Assembly: GCA_951406725.2 (NCBI GenBank)
Contig: OX597823.1
Coordinates: forward strand, 21,018,001 to 21,082,000
Length of the DNA: 64,000 bases
Origin: Octopus vulgaris
Lineage: Eukaryota
Direction: 5' to 3'
The translations under genes and the position numbers were made by a program. Each line of letters starts with the position of its first letter. Within the stretch, counting starts at the first letter, position 1. Positions 25,508-38,300 of the stretch are shown here, one piece after another. The notes under the pieces were generated by a model. It did no database searches and was not told the origin of the DNA. It saw only the letters and a list, made by a program, of their open reading frames with translations.

Positions 25508-26168
25508 AGTAATTTTTATTAACTTTTATAGCTTTAGAATTTTATGAACTGTACCACGGATTTAATTATTATTATTTTTCATCTCCATATGTGTTAGCCC
25601 TTTTTTTTTTTTTTTTTTTTTATAAAAAAAACTATTAGCTAAATATGTATGATATCGGTACATATTAATATTATATATACACTGTTATATATTTTGTTTT
25701 ATTTTGTTCTGGTTACCTTCCTTTTTGTACAAATGTGTATTATATTATACAAGTGTAGCATTATGATGTATAAGTTTTTATATTTTACTTTTTTATATTT
25801 TTATATTTATATGTATATGATTATATAATATTTTTCACTATTATAACAAATTTAATTTAATTCTCTGAAGAGGCCGTGGGGCATCTTTGTTAATGCCTCA
25901 TTTATACCTGCCTTTATGGCTTATAGGTTAAATGAGGTATGACTGTCCTCACTGCCGAAACAGCTGTCAGTTTTGATTTATTTGCATATTGTATTTGTAA
26001 TTTTTTACTTATATCTCTTTATCTTTTTACTTTTACTATTACTGTATATCTCATTTCATTTTATATATTGCCTTTACTCCTATGTAATGGTGTATTAAAG
26101 TATGGATTGAGTATCATCGGATAGTTGATGTTTTATTGATTTAAGTATGTTTCTCCATTCTCTAATTT

Positions 26169-26172
<4 letters not shown>
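23885..26172 (+). repeat. Right arm of 2.28-kb inverted repeat (sense 3' UTR/pLTR copy)
   Basis: Starts at the RT truncation point (TTCAGGGA|TGGATGTGTCT) and ends at (TA)n. Confidence 0.95.
25863..25970 (+). ncRNA. Type I hammerhead ribozyme with 85-nt stem II (right arm)
   Basis: CT CTGAAGA GGC..[ATGCCTCATTTA/TAAATGAGGTAT, ACCT/AGGT]..GCC GAAA CAGCTG TC AG. Canonical core, GUC cleavage triplet and palindromic mini stem III; stem I is weak. Confidence 0.8.
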
Positions 26173-26210
<38 letters not shown>

Positions 26211-26375
26211 TACGACGGGCTTCTTTCAGTTTCCGTCTACCAAATCCACAGGCAAGGCTTTGGTCGGCCCGAGGCTATAGTAGAAGACACTTGCCCAAGG
26301 TGCAACGCAGTGGGACTGAACCCGGAACCATGTGGTTGGGAAGCAAGCTACTTACTACACAGAAACTCCTACGCC
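26173..26375 (-). mobile_element. SINE family B, 5' half (split by the PLE)
   Basis: tRNA head and CORE-like part ending in (TA)n. Complements 19313-19543. Confidence 0.85.
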
Positions 26376-26427
26376 TATTATAATATTAAGAAAAATAATA
26401 GTATAGATCTATACATATACATATAAC

Positions 26428-26562
26428 TATAATTATAATAAGGGTTTAGGAAAAGCCTATATGCTGAGAAATAGATGCTAAATCGTTTCTGGTGAGAGGA
26501 CTTAGCGTGTATTTCTCAACATATAGGCTAGAAAATTTCTTTTCTAAGCCCTTATAATTATA
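26428..26562. repeat. Short inverted-tail remnant
   Basis: TATAATTATAATAAGGGTTTAG..GCCTATATGCTGAGAAATAGATGCTAA is inverted to TTAGCGTGTATTTCTCAACATATAGGC..CTAAGCCCTTATAATTATA. Confidence 0.7.
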
Positions 26563-26809
26563 CATAGAATTTCACATTAATAGGTTCCCTTTTATATGCT
26601 GGCGATTGATAAATTTTTTTAAAGTTTTATCCTCTATCATTATACAATACATATATACATACATACATACACACACATATTCATAATATATATATGCATA
26701 TATATATAGACGCACATACACACACACAAGCTTGTGTGTGTGTGTATGTTTGTCCGAATGTGTATGTGTGTGCTTGGGTGCGTGTGCGTTTGCGTCTTTG
26801 TGTGTGTTT

Positions 26810-26854
<45 letters not shown>

Positions 26855-27253
26855 GTTATATTGTATGTTTATCGAAGGTTCTAAATTCCCAATGGCGTCC
26901 ACAACATTAAATTTTTGCTGATCAGAAGAAATTTCTAAAACAAATACAAATACTCTAAGACAAGTACAAATATTCTTTTCGGTCGGTTGGGTAAAAGTCT
27001 ATCATGTTTACTGAGATGTCGGTTGAAGTCCTACAGGCAGCTTTTAACTTTTTCTATACTAAAGGGATTTTTTAGCCAATATTTACATACTGTTATAAAA
27101 TATGCTATGATAAAATAAATGCCAGGTGACCACACGGCATTCATGCAACTGATTTACCCATTACGCCGAAATTACTACCCTCGTGCCAAAATTTTAAACC
27201 AATATTTTTAGCATTACCTGATTCGAATTTTGCCTTTCACGCACACACACGTA

Positions 27254-30200
27254 TACTCTTTTACTCTTTTACTTGTTTCAGCCATCCGGCTGAGGCCATG
27301 CTGGGGCACCGCCCTTGTTGCTACCCTCTCTAAGTCCAGTTTGCCGTGGCTGGCCACTGATCTAAGAAAGAGTTTGTAGCTGCTGCCCTTAGGTTACCTT
27401 CGTACCTTGCAGTGGGTTCATCTGGTATCCCGGAAAGCAGCTTGTCTAGATGTTTTTTGAAAATGTCCACATCCGCATCATGTAGATCTCTTAGTTTTCT
27501 TGGCAGTTTGTTGAACAGCTGAGGGCCCCTGAACCCCAGGCTATTACAGTATCTGCTCCTTACCCTGGATGTGGAAGACGGGACCTTTGGCACCACACAG
27601 TGACGTCCTGTACGGGGATTGGAACAGCTCTCAATTCCAAAATTTGGTGCTAGTCCCTCCAGGATTTTCCATATGTATATCACTGCATATCTCTCTCGTC
27701 TTCGTTCCAAGGAGTACAAATTGAGTTCCCTAAGCCTCTCCCAATAGTTCTTTTCTTTCATTGTGGAAATCCTCTTGGTGAAATGTCTTTGGATTGTCTC
27801 AAGCTCTGTGGTTAGTTTGACACTATGCGGTGACCACAGTTGGGAGCAGTAGTCCAGGCGGCTTAGGACAAATGTCCTCCATAGTGTCATCATGGTCTCG
27901 CAGTCTCTTGTCCGGAATGTCCTCAGGATCCAGCCAGTGAGTCGTCTGCACATTGTCGCCACCTTCGCGATGTGTGAAGAAAAAGATGCATCGTCACTCA
28001 TGTCTATCCCCAGGTCCCGTATTGATTTCGATACTGGGATTTCGATCCCTCCTGGACCAGTATAGTTGTGTTGTAATGTATATGTGTTTACAGCTTGATA
28101 TTGTAAGGCTTGAAATTTACCAGCATTAAATTGCATGTTGTTGTCTTCAGCCCATTTGTATATGGCATCCAGATCTTGTTGTAAAAGGTCAGCATCAGCT
28201 GGGTTTTTGATTGCCTGTGCTACCTTTGTGTCATCAGCATAGCTAGTGAGGGATGTTGTTTGTGCTACCAAGGGCATGTCAGAGAGCGCCACCAAAAACA
28301 GCAAGGGTCCCAAGACTGTGCCCTGTGGCACCCCGCTTGCTATTGGTGTCTTTCCCGAGAGGGCTCCATTGGCTGCAACCATCTGGCTTCTGTCCTTCAG
28401 GAAGTCATGTATCCACTCACCTACTTTTCCTGTTATGCCGAGTCTGAGTAATTTGTGACATATCACTCCGTGGTCGACTTTGTCAAAGGCCTTCGCAAAG
28501 TCGAGATATACCACATCCACCTGTGAGCGATCCAGTAGTTGTTTCAGTACCCAGTCGTAGTGTTGTAACAGCTGCGTAAGGCAGCTTCTTCCTGGGCGAA
28601 AGCCATGCTGTGTTTCAGTGAGACGGTTAGTTTCTTCGAGGAACGTGATCAGCTTTTTTCTGATGATTCGTTCCATGACCTTACTTATGTGTGACGTCAG
28701 GGAGACTGGCCTGTAGTTTTTGGCCTCTGCTCTACTCCCTCCTTTGTGGATAGGGCATATGGTGCCTTCTTTTAGCGCCCTGGGCAGTTTACCGTTAGCC
28801 AAGGAACCACTGAAGAGCTTCTTCAGTGGTCCCGCTAGGGCATGCCTGCATGTTTTTAGGAGGACTGCTGGGAATCCATCTGGTCCAGCAGCTGAGTTTA
28901 TTCTCATTTCTTCTATGGCAGATATTACATCCCTCTCTGTTATGTCTATGTGGTCGATGGTTGTTGTTTGGTTTTGGAGTGTTGTGGCATCAAAGAAAAC
29001 TTCTGGGTTTGTGATTTGCATGTGCCCCAGAGGGGATGTGAACACACTTTTATACTGTTCCTTTAGTATTTCACTTATCCCTTGGGGGTCCTCAGTTAGA
29101 GAGCCCTTTTTATCAAAGAGTGGGCCAATCTTGCAGTGTACCGAGGTGGTTTCTTTCGCAAATTTAAAGAAGGCTTTAGGGTTTGTTTTAATATTCTCTA
29201 TGGCCCTGGCTTCTCTCTCTGCCCTCTCCTTCTCATAGGAAAGTTTGAGTGCAGTTTCCGTTTCAAAAAGTTTCAGGTGGAGTCCCTCATTGTTTCTCTG
29301 CCGTGCATTCAGTTGCTTCGAGGGCTTAGCTCTTCGCCTCATAAGTATTTTCCTGTCTCTGGGAATAACGTTCCTATGCCCGCTGGCTTTTTCTCCGGGA
29401 CAAACTTATGGCATATGTTCCGTATTGTTGTCATGAAATGTTGGAAATGTGTGTTGGTGTCTTGTGTGGTGATGAAGTCACTCCAGTCATGTTTTCGGAT
29501 CTCTTCGTTGATCTTCTTCCAGTTTGCCTTATGGAAGTTTAGACTGGATAGGCCTGTGGTATTTTCTAATGGCTGCGTCTCAACTAACTCTCTCATACCA
29601 TATATCATTACCTCTACTAAGTTGTGATCTGAGAGAATTGTTGGTGTTACCATTATGTTGTGGATGAGCATCGGGTTGCTTGTGAAACAGAGGTCCAAGA
29701 CATTCTCACCTCTTGTTGGCCGAAGCACTGCTTGTTCCATGAAAAACTTGCGTGTGAGAGCCAACAAGGACTCTGTCTGTCTCTGTTCAAGTGATGTCAT
29801 TCCAGGGAGGAGATGGCCATCTGGCCATTTGACTTTCGGAAGGTTAAAATCTCCCAGCAGTAGAATGATGTTACCCTGGTCCAGTTTGTCCAGGACTTCT
29901 TCTATTCTTCTGAGGCTATCTTCAAACACTCCTTCATGACTAGGGGTGTCTGGTGGCTGATATGTGACACATATTACTATTTTCGGTTGTTTCATGTGTA
30001 CTATCAGTGTGTCACAGACTGAGTTTGAGTGTGTCAACAGTACTATGGGTGTGACATCTTCACGGACGTACAGGGCAACCCCACCATGAGTTCTTTCCTT
30101 CCTGTCTGACCGAAAAACAGTATACTTTGGTACGTGTATTTCTGCATCTGCTATACTGCTTGACAGGTGCGTTTCAGTCAGCGCTATGCATATTGCATGG

Positions 30201-30302
30201 TTGCTTGTGCTTAAGTCACTAAGGTAAGGAATTTTACTCATATTAGTGGGTTTCACCAGACCTCTGACATTCAGCAGAAGCACTGGTGAGATATTTGGGG
30301 TA
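27254..30302 (-). mobile_element. CR1-group LINE, 5'-truncated at the start of ORF2
   Basis: APE endonuclease plus RT, a ~75-nt 3' UTR and a (GTAAAAGA)n tail. Confidence 0.92.
27330..30302 (-). CDS. LINE ORF2 (APE endonuclease + reverse transcriptase), one frameshift near 29390, no start codon
   Basis: [40 protein letters not shown]; [58 protein letters not shown]. Confidence 0.88.
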
Positions 30303-30330
30303 TATATAAATATATATAAATATATCCATA

Positions 30331-30390
<60 letters not shown>

Positions 30391-30521
30391 CATATGTATA
30401 CATACATATATATATGTATGTATGTATATATATATATATATATATACATATACACATATATATACATACATATATATATATACATATATATATACATACA
30501 TATATACATATACATATATAT

Positions 30522-30572
<51 letters not shown>

Positions 30573-30575
<3 letters not shown>

Positions 30576-30970
30576 TTTACTCTCTTTTACTCTTTTACTT
30601 GTTTCAGTCATTTGACTGCGGCCATGCTGGAGCACCGCCTTTAATCGAGAAACTCGACCCCGGAACTTATTCTTTTGTAAGCCCAGTACTTTTTCTATCC
30701 GTCTCTTTTGCCGAACCGCTAAGTAACGGGGACATAAACACACCAGCATCGGTTGTCAAGCAATGCTAGGGGGACAAACACAGACACACAAACACACACA
30801 CGCATATATATATACATATATACCACGGGCTTCTTTCAGTTTCCGTCTACCAAATTCACTCACAAGGCTTTCGTCGGCCCGAGGCCCCTGCCCAAGTTGC
30901 CACGCAGTGGGACTGAACCCGGAACTATGCGGTTGGTAAAGAAGGCTACTTACCACACAGCCACTCCTGC
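30573..30970 (-). mobile_element. SINE family B
   Basis: Colinear with 7407-7816. Confidence 0.9.
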
Positions 30971-31044
30971 ATATATATATACATATATGCCACACAGCCA
31001 CTCCTGCATATATATATACATATATACCACACAGCCACTCCTAC

Positions 31045-31079
<35 letters not shown>

Positions 31080-31564
31080 AAGGTAGATAGGGAGACAGAG
31101 ATGTAGATGTACATACATATATATGTGTGTGTGTATATATATATATATATTAGATACCATATAATACAAACATCTTATATTAGGCAATGTAATGATCTTT
31201 TTCTTTCTTTTTCCTTTTCACCATTGAACATTATAAATTATCTTAGAACGCCTCGATTTTTCAGAAAGATTGTTTCTTTAGAAAACTTCATAATATAATC
31301 GAAAGAATTCTGCCATTAGTATGGACAACGACAATATGGATATTGTAGATCGTTTCTAGAAATTTCCGAAAGCCTGCTGCTTAAAGCAAACATGAATGAG
31401 AATATATTTTGTCAGTTATTGCTGTTGGAGAGGGAGAGATACCATTACCTGATGTTTGGTAATCTTACATGACTAAAATATGGATGTATTTTGTGTGCAC
31501 AGACACAACTGCGGGCACAAAGACACATGCCTGAGTATATATGCACATAGGCATATATGTATAT

Positions 31565-31598
<34 letters not shown>

Positions 31599-31609
31599 AC
31601 ATATGTATA

Positions 31610-31664
<55 letters not shown>

Positions 31665-31732
31665 CACACGTGTAAATTTGTATATGCATGTAACGTGTGT
31701 ATATATAAATAAATAAATATATATATACAGAT

Positions 31733-31833
<101 letters not shown>

Positions 31834-31902
31834 CATGTATATATATACGTAATGAATTTCAGAAAGAAAAATAGAAATATATGAATAAGTCTAAATGGAT
31901 AC

Positions 31903-31993
<91 letters not shown>

Positions 31994-34900
31994 TGTGTGT
32001 GCGTGCGTGTGTGTGCGTGCGTGTGTGTGCGTGCGTGTGTGTATTTGCGTTTGAACATTCATATATTTCACTACTTGAAATCAAATACCCAATCACATTA
32101 CCCTCTTGGTCGTTTTCTATATTGGCACTTCGTAATTTGACAAAGACATAGCCTGTTAACACCATTATTTGGATGCCGTGTTGGTATCTGTTTGGTGAGT
32201 TGGCTTGGTTTGTGTTGGGTAAGCATTTAAGATGATGGCTGCACGTTTCCAAACATACCAATATATCAAAGATAATGTTTATGTGTTATTAGAAGATTTC
32301 TGAAAAGAAGCGATCGATTTTTCATTTTCCTCTCTGATCTGGAAATCTTCTAAAAACGATATAAATCACGTTTTTACTTCATAAGTTTTAAATATAATTA
32401 CATTTGAGATGGTGTTTTCTTTGGTATTTCTTTTTTTTATTTTACCGATAATTTATTTATTTCATTGAAAGTGTGATTCGCTATGTTAGTATGTACTCTT
32501 ACAATTGTTGTTATTAATGTTTCATTTCCTTTTTTTTTAATATATTAGTTTAGGCTATTGAAAACGTCCATCACAAAAAGCTGGTCGTTCGTTCGCAATA
32601 CGCCTTAAGTCCTTCAAAATTGATTAAATCTGTAAACATTTGAGTTGAGTTCTTGTTATCATAAAGATTAGCCTAATTTTCAAAATCTATATATTTACGT
32701 AATATCTATTTCACACGGTGTTTCGATCTCCGATTATTCTCAGCAACTTTTTTTCTCAATATCGATATTATCCTGGACTGGATTCGAACTAGAAGTTCAT
32801 ATATTGAAATTAAGAGGATTAATTATTTTATTTTCAGAAATAAAATGTGCTACAGTCAAATTCAATATGGAGTCATTTTCTTGCAAAAGAGTAAGTCACT
32901 TCGAGGAATGTGAAATAAATTAATAAATATGAGAACACATGTTTCGCTAGGGCTCTGGTTGGCTTCAGCTAGGACATCCACTCGGGAGTTCGAAGCTAAC
33001 CAGACCGCTAGTTTTTTTTTTTTTTTTCATCTCGTTTGTCTATCCAATGACCTAAGACATAAGTTTTCGAACGGTACCGATCACATCAGCTACCGTAGTG
33101 CTGGACATCATTATTATGTTGACGTCACAGTTCAGATTGTAACTACTCCAGTTCAAAAAGAAAGATGTGAAAGTCAGCAGCTATCTCACAGAACGAAGAA
33201 TATAGGATAGGAGACTTTTAGAAACCAAACACGTGATTGTGAATAGTTTCCATAGGCGGATATTTGATCTGAAAACCGAACAAATTCCATTGCTGAATGA
33301 AACAAGGAACTGGAACCGGTTACCTTGAGATAAGTTGCCAAGTCGATATACTTGACTGTAATGAAAACTTTTTGATTGATTCATATTGATGAAAGTTAGG
33401 TTTGTTATACACTCTATTCTACATTGCATGAAATGAAAGTTTCGTGCATTTATTTGCTCAGAACAGTGCACGTTTTTAGGTCAATATTTTCCCAAAGGCC
33501 TGTATTTCCCTTGCTGTACCAGTTAATATCACACGTACGTGTCAAACAGGTTTCGTCCACTTGTGCCTAACACCATGTGCCTTCACCTCAGAAAACCTTC
33601 TTGCTTTCCATTGAAGACATAGTCACTTCCCCTCTTTTAATTTATTCACTGACTACAATTTACTACATGTCACTATTTTTTTTTACATGTCACTATTTTT
33701 TACTACATGTCACTATTTTTATGTCACTATTTCTTTAATAAAATTTATCGACTTTATTCAGTCTGCCTCTTCATGGCTCCTCATCATTGTTTGCTCATGG
33801 TCACTTCGTTAATTTTCAACCAACTCATTCGCTAATCCAGCCAATGTCGGCTTTTCAGGCTAGGGACGATGCTTTCGGCTTCCATTAACCGAATCTATTC
33901 TCTACGTAGAACTTTGAAACTATACACCAAGAGAAAGAATTTGATACTTTTGGGAGGAGGGCCATTGAAGTTTTCAATGACAAAATGTTTTTCTTTTTAT
34001 GTAATCAAAAATGTTCACTGGAAAAAATCTATTGAGACAGTTACAATCAACGAAAGTGTTCAAGGTTAACATGGGCGTACATTTAAGGATAAAAGTTAAC
34101 AAAAATACCTAAGATTAACAAATTCTGTGTAAGGATACTGTAACAAGCTTTACATATCTAAGTGTCAGTATTTTCTGCATATTTAACCTTACAGGTAATT
34201 TGTCAATGTCGAAATCTTTTCAGAAATAATTTTGCCTTAATCCTCTTGTGTCAATTACAGAAAATATGATAGATACATCCCTCAACTTCTATTATATTTT
34301 TAGTTCAAACGTTAAGTCAGTAACATTCTCATTTGTCGTAGCAGCTAATATCAAGGCACATTATATATCAGTAGTCTCTCTGTTTGCTAGAGATCCGTAG
34401 TATTTTCGCGTAGCCATTTCCTAAGACAAGGAATGGTTCATTTAAATTTAAGAAAGCTTTTTTCTAGCGGCACCTGAAATCTAATGCTAGGTGTATGTAG
34501 AACAGTTTTGCTAACATATTTCGTCTCCTAATACATTTTGTGGGATCAAGTATAATGTATCACTCCAAGAAATGTTCCCTAAAGACATTTGTTATATATA
34601 TCATATTTTTTGTAGATATCTCTTCAAAGGTATGTAACGGTGGTGGATTGCCTTTGTATAGCTGCTGCTGCTGATTCTGTTGCTCCATTGGGGTTGGATA
34701 TAAACAACGAGGGTAGAGGTAGTGTTTTCCTTTTCGTTATAATATGGAGTTCACGAAAGTATTGGCTATGTAACGTTATTCCCTTGTAGTAATTTTCTGT
34801 TTGACCTACATGCCATCGTTAAACTCTGGTGCTCCTCTAAGTTCAGGCTCTTGAATGTTCGATGTCGTGTGAGAATGTTGCTGCTGCTGATATAACCTAT

Positions 34901-36012
34901 TTGTTACCTAATCATAATCATACCTTTGTCAAAGCTAGACAACATTAATGATTGCCTTCTTGACAATAGTCCCTAACTTCCTCTCTTTCAGGGACGGATG
35001 TCGAGTCATTTAGATGGTACACATACTTTGTAACATGTGTTGTATTTAACGGGTTTCTTGTTTGATATTCTATAGGGTCTGTATCTGTTACTCCCTAGTC
35101 CAGTACCACAAATATACAAATCATAGCTGGCGCTATTAATATCTTGATGTTATACGCAATGTTCCTGCGGCTGAAATAAATTTTAAATGTTATTTTTTTA
35201 CTATCCTAAGGTATTCATTTTCCTTCTGAATAACCCCCCATACACACACACTCATAGTTTTGCTCCCATCTATGCTCAACCTTTTAAAGAATGTACATTA
35301 TTTTTTATCATCCTCACTATATTTGGCTCCAAACCATCTGCTCCACCAGGCTGTCTACTTTATATCAAGCCAAACGAGACGTTATAGTTATTTTCGTTCG
35401 ATTATTAGTATTACGTGCTTTGATTACATAACGAAGTGCAGTTATAAGTGCCTTGAGATTGAGCAGTGTTTTTCTTTGAACTGACTATAATTGATACTTC
35501 TGTAATTTGAAAACCTCTGAATGAAATATTTCCCTAGCATAGATAAATGTGTATGCGAAATATTTAATAACTGACCGAAATAACGATCGGATGTCGTTGT
35601 AATCGAAACTTTTGGACGACTCATCGAGGCTAGTATGATGATTGTCAGAAAAACACAGCAAATCAAAACACAGCTTCATAATCTATTTGTCTGTATATTC
35701 TAAAGATTTAACAATAATATGATAAAGATTTAGCAATAATATCACAGAGTTAAATTATTAGCTACAAAGTAATAAAGCAGTTTCAGGGAGAACACAAAGG
35801 ATGTCACAATGGTTTGTATGACTGCGAAGATCAATAATTTCTCAGTAAAGTCATGAGAGAACAACGTAGCAGTAAATCGATGCGTGCGAGTTTTCCATGG
35901 GTGACTACCGGAAGTTGTTTCAAAGAATCCACGTAGATGGTTCTTCAAGGCTTTTGCAGTAATAAGCAGAGTGTTAAACATATTGTAGAGTAAAAGTAAA
36001 CAATTTGTATTA

Positions 36013-36164
36013 GGCGCATGAGTGGCTGTGTGGTAGGTAGGTAGCTTGCTTACCAACCACGCGGTTCCGGGTTCAGACCTTGGTCAAGTGTCTTCTACTA
36101 TAGCCTCGGGCCGACCAAAGTCTTGTGAGTGGATTTGGTAGACGGAAACTGAAAGAAGCCTGAC

Positions 36165-36219
<55 letters not shown>

Positions 36220-36464
36220 TATGTGTGTGTGTGTGTGTGTGTATGTATGTTTGTTTGTTTGTCCCCCCTTCATCGCTTGACAACAGATGTTGGTGTGTTT
36301 ACGTCCTCGTTACTTAGCGGTTCGGCAAAAAGAGACCGATAGAATAAGTACTAGGCTTACAAACAATAAGTCTTGGGGTCGATTTGCTGGACTAAAAAAG
36401 GCGGTGCTTCAGCATGGCCGCAGTCAAATGACTGAAACAAGTAAAAGTGTAAAGAGTAAAGAGT
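36013..36464 (+). mobile_element. SINE family B
   Basis: Colinear with 6249-6648; expanded internal (TA)n. Confidence 0.9.
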
Positions 36465-37646
36465 AATTTATTTTGTAGTAATACATAAAACGGGTGAACT
36501 CTAAAAACGAAGCCGATTATTGTAGGAAGGATATTCCAAAAAGACAGCTCTCTCCCTGCCTTTTATTTTGTACCAGGCGTTAATATATTCAACCAATATG
36601 TGAAACCCGCCACCGTTCGAATATATAGGGTGCATGAGGACAATCTACTACATTTGTACGTAATTGGCCTAAAGGTGTAGGCTGCAGATGGTTAACAGGT
36701 AGAAATACTATGATACAGACAGAACATACATAAACTAAAGGATTTCATATGAGATTCAATTTGCAACATGTGCCAAAGAAATGCTGAAGAGAGAAAACAA
36801 GACTTTTTAGAATTAGTAAATCAGACAGCTTAAAACAAATATAAGCTAGGAGGGAATATTTTTGACGCATTCGATGAATGATTAAAACCGATATATTTTT
36901 AAATGAATTCGTAGCTATCATTTCTCTAGCTATTCTGGGACACATTTTAGTTGTAATATTCCCAACTGGATGACAAGTGAATTAGCAAGGTTAGACAGGA
37001 AAACAAAGTAAAAAACAATTACTGTATTTAGATGGCACAATCTAAAATCTCAAACAGCATAATTATATTTACCTTAAGTACGTAGATGGAGCATAAAAAT
37101 TCTGCGGCTGGAAAATCTTTATTAAATATTTACTATAGAAATACAAAAATGTATGGTAAATAATAAAGGTAACTTTATACAATTAGCTACAAAACATACT
37201 AAAACAAATAAAAATCATTTTCTGACTGCAAGAAAGCTAACAAAAGTTAACAAAAGTCTGGAGTAACACACAATGGCGAAACGGAATTCTTTAAAATATG
37301 TAATTAAACAGTAAATAGAAATACTGAATATTGTGATAGAGCAATGTGTGTCAAATATCTTTCGTGGACAGTACTTGACAAGAGTGAACACAGTAAAAAT
37401 GGATGAAAAAAGTAAAATCAACGGAGAGTGAGACGCATTGGGAATAAAGAGAAAAGTCTTTAATTGCGATGCCAGTCCAAAATCACAACCAGAATCTACC
37501 AAAATAATACTCTGAGAGCGAATACAAAAGAATAATAACAGGGTGTATAATAGCAGTGTATATATGGAGAAAAAAACTTTCAGATATTTTCTGTCTGTCT
37601 AGTCTTAGCGAAAACATGTGTTTGTATATATATGTATGTTCGTGAG

Positions 37647-37681
<35 letters not shown>

Positions 37682-37735
37682 GCTTTTGAACATATATATA
37701 GAGAGAGAGAGGCTCACGAACATATATATTTATAT

Positions 37736-37852
<117 letters not shown>

Positions 37853-37862
37853 CACGGCTCAC

Positions 37863-37975
<113 letters not shown>

Positions 37976-37979
37976 TTTC

Positions 37980-38300
37980 TATATATAATTCCGAGAAAGT
38001 TAAAGGCTGTTAATCCAACCAACTAAGGGATAATATCTATCCAATATACTGCTGGTAGAATACCCAATTATCAATACACAAATGTTTGTAAGATATTATC
38101 CCAATTTCTATTGCTATATGTTATATATTTTACTAATTACTGATGTTTTTATATTTTATATATTATATATGTAAAGCATAATATGTTATGCATGTATGTA
38201 TATTGTAACAATTGTCCTTTTAGTAAATAAAGATATTGACATAATATAATGTCTAAAAGTTGAGGAATACAACCTATTGACCTCCTCCATTTTCTTATTG
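37980..38300 (-). mobile_element. Remnant related to the terminal tail of the 19.5-kb PLE
   Basis: CAACC..GGGATAATATCTATCCAATATACTGCT..TACCCAA..AATACA matches 19574-19640. Flanked by microsatellites. Confidence 0.6.

Larger units (their letters stand above)
19544..26172 (-). mobile_element. Penelope-like retroelement (Naiad-type), 5'-truncated with an inverted duplicate of its 3' region
   Basis: RT motif GLYRDD, thumb YINRSSNHPP and C-terminal GIY-YIG domain. Arms 19720-22001 and 23885-26172 are reverse complements. HHR in each arm; (TA)n on both flanks. Confidence 0.92.

Noticed and set aside
30303-30457. N-terminal extension of the endonuclease ORF
   Set aside because: (TA)n microsatellite, not LINE sequence.
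33657-33735. Four copies of ACATGTCACTATTTT
   Set aside because: Simple local tandem duplication with no spacers; not CRISPR-like.
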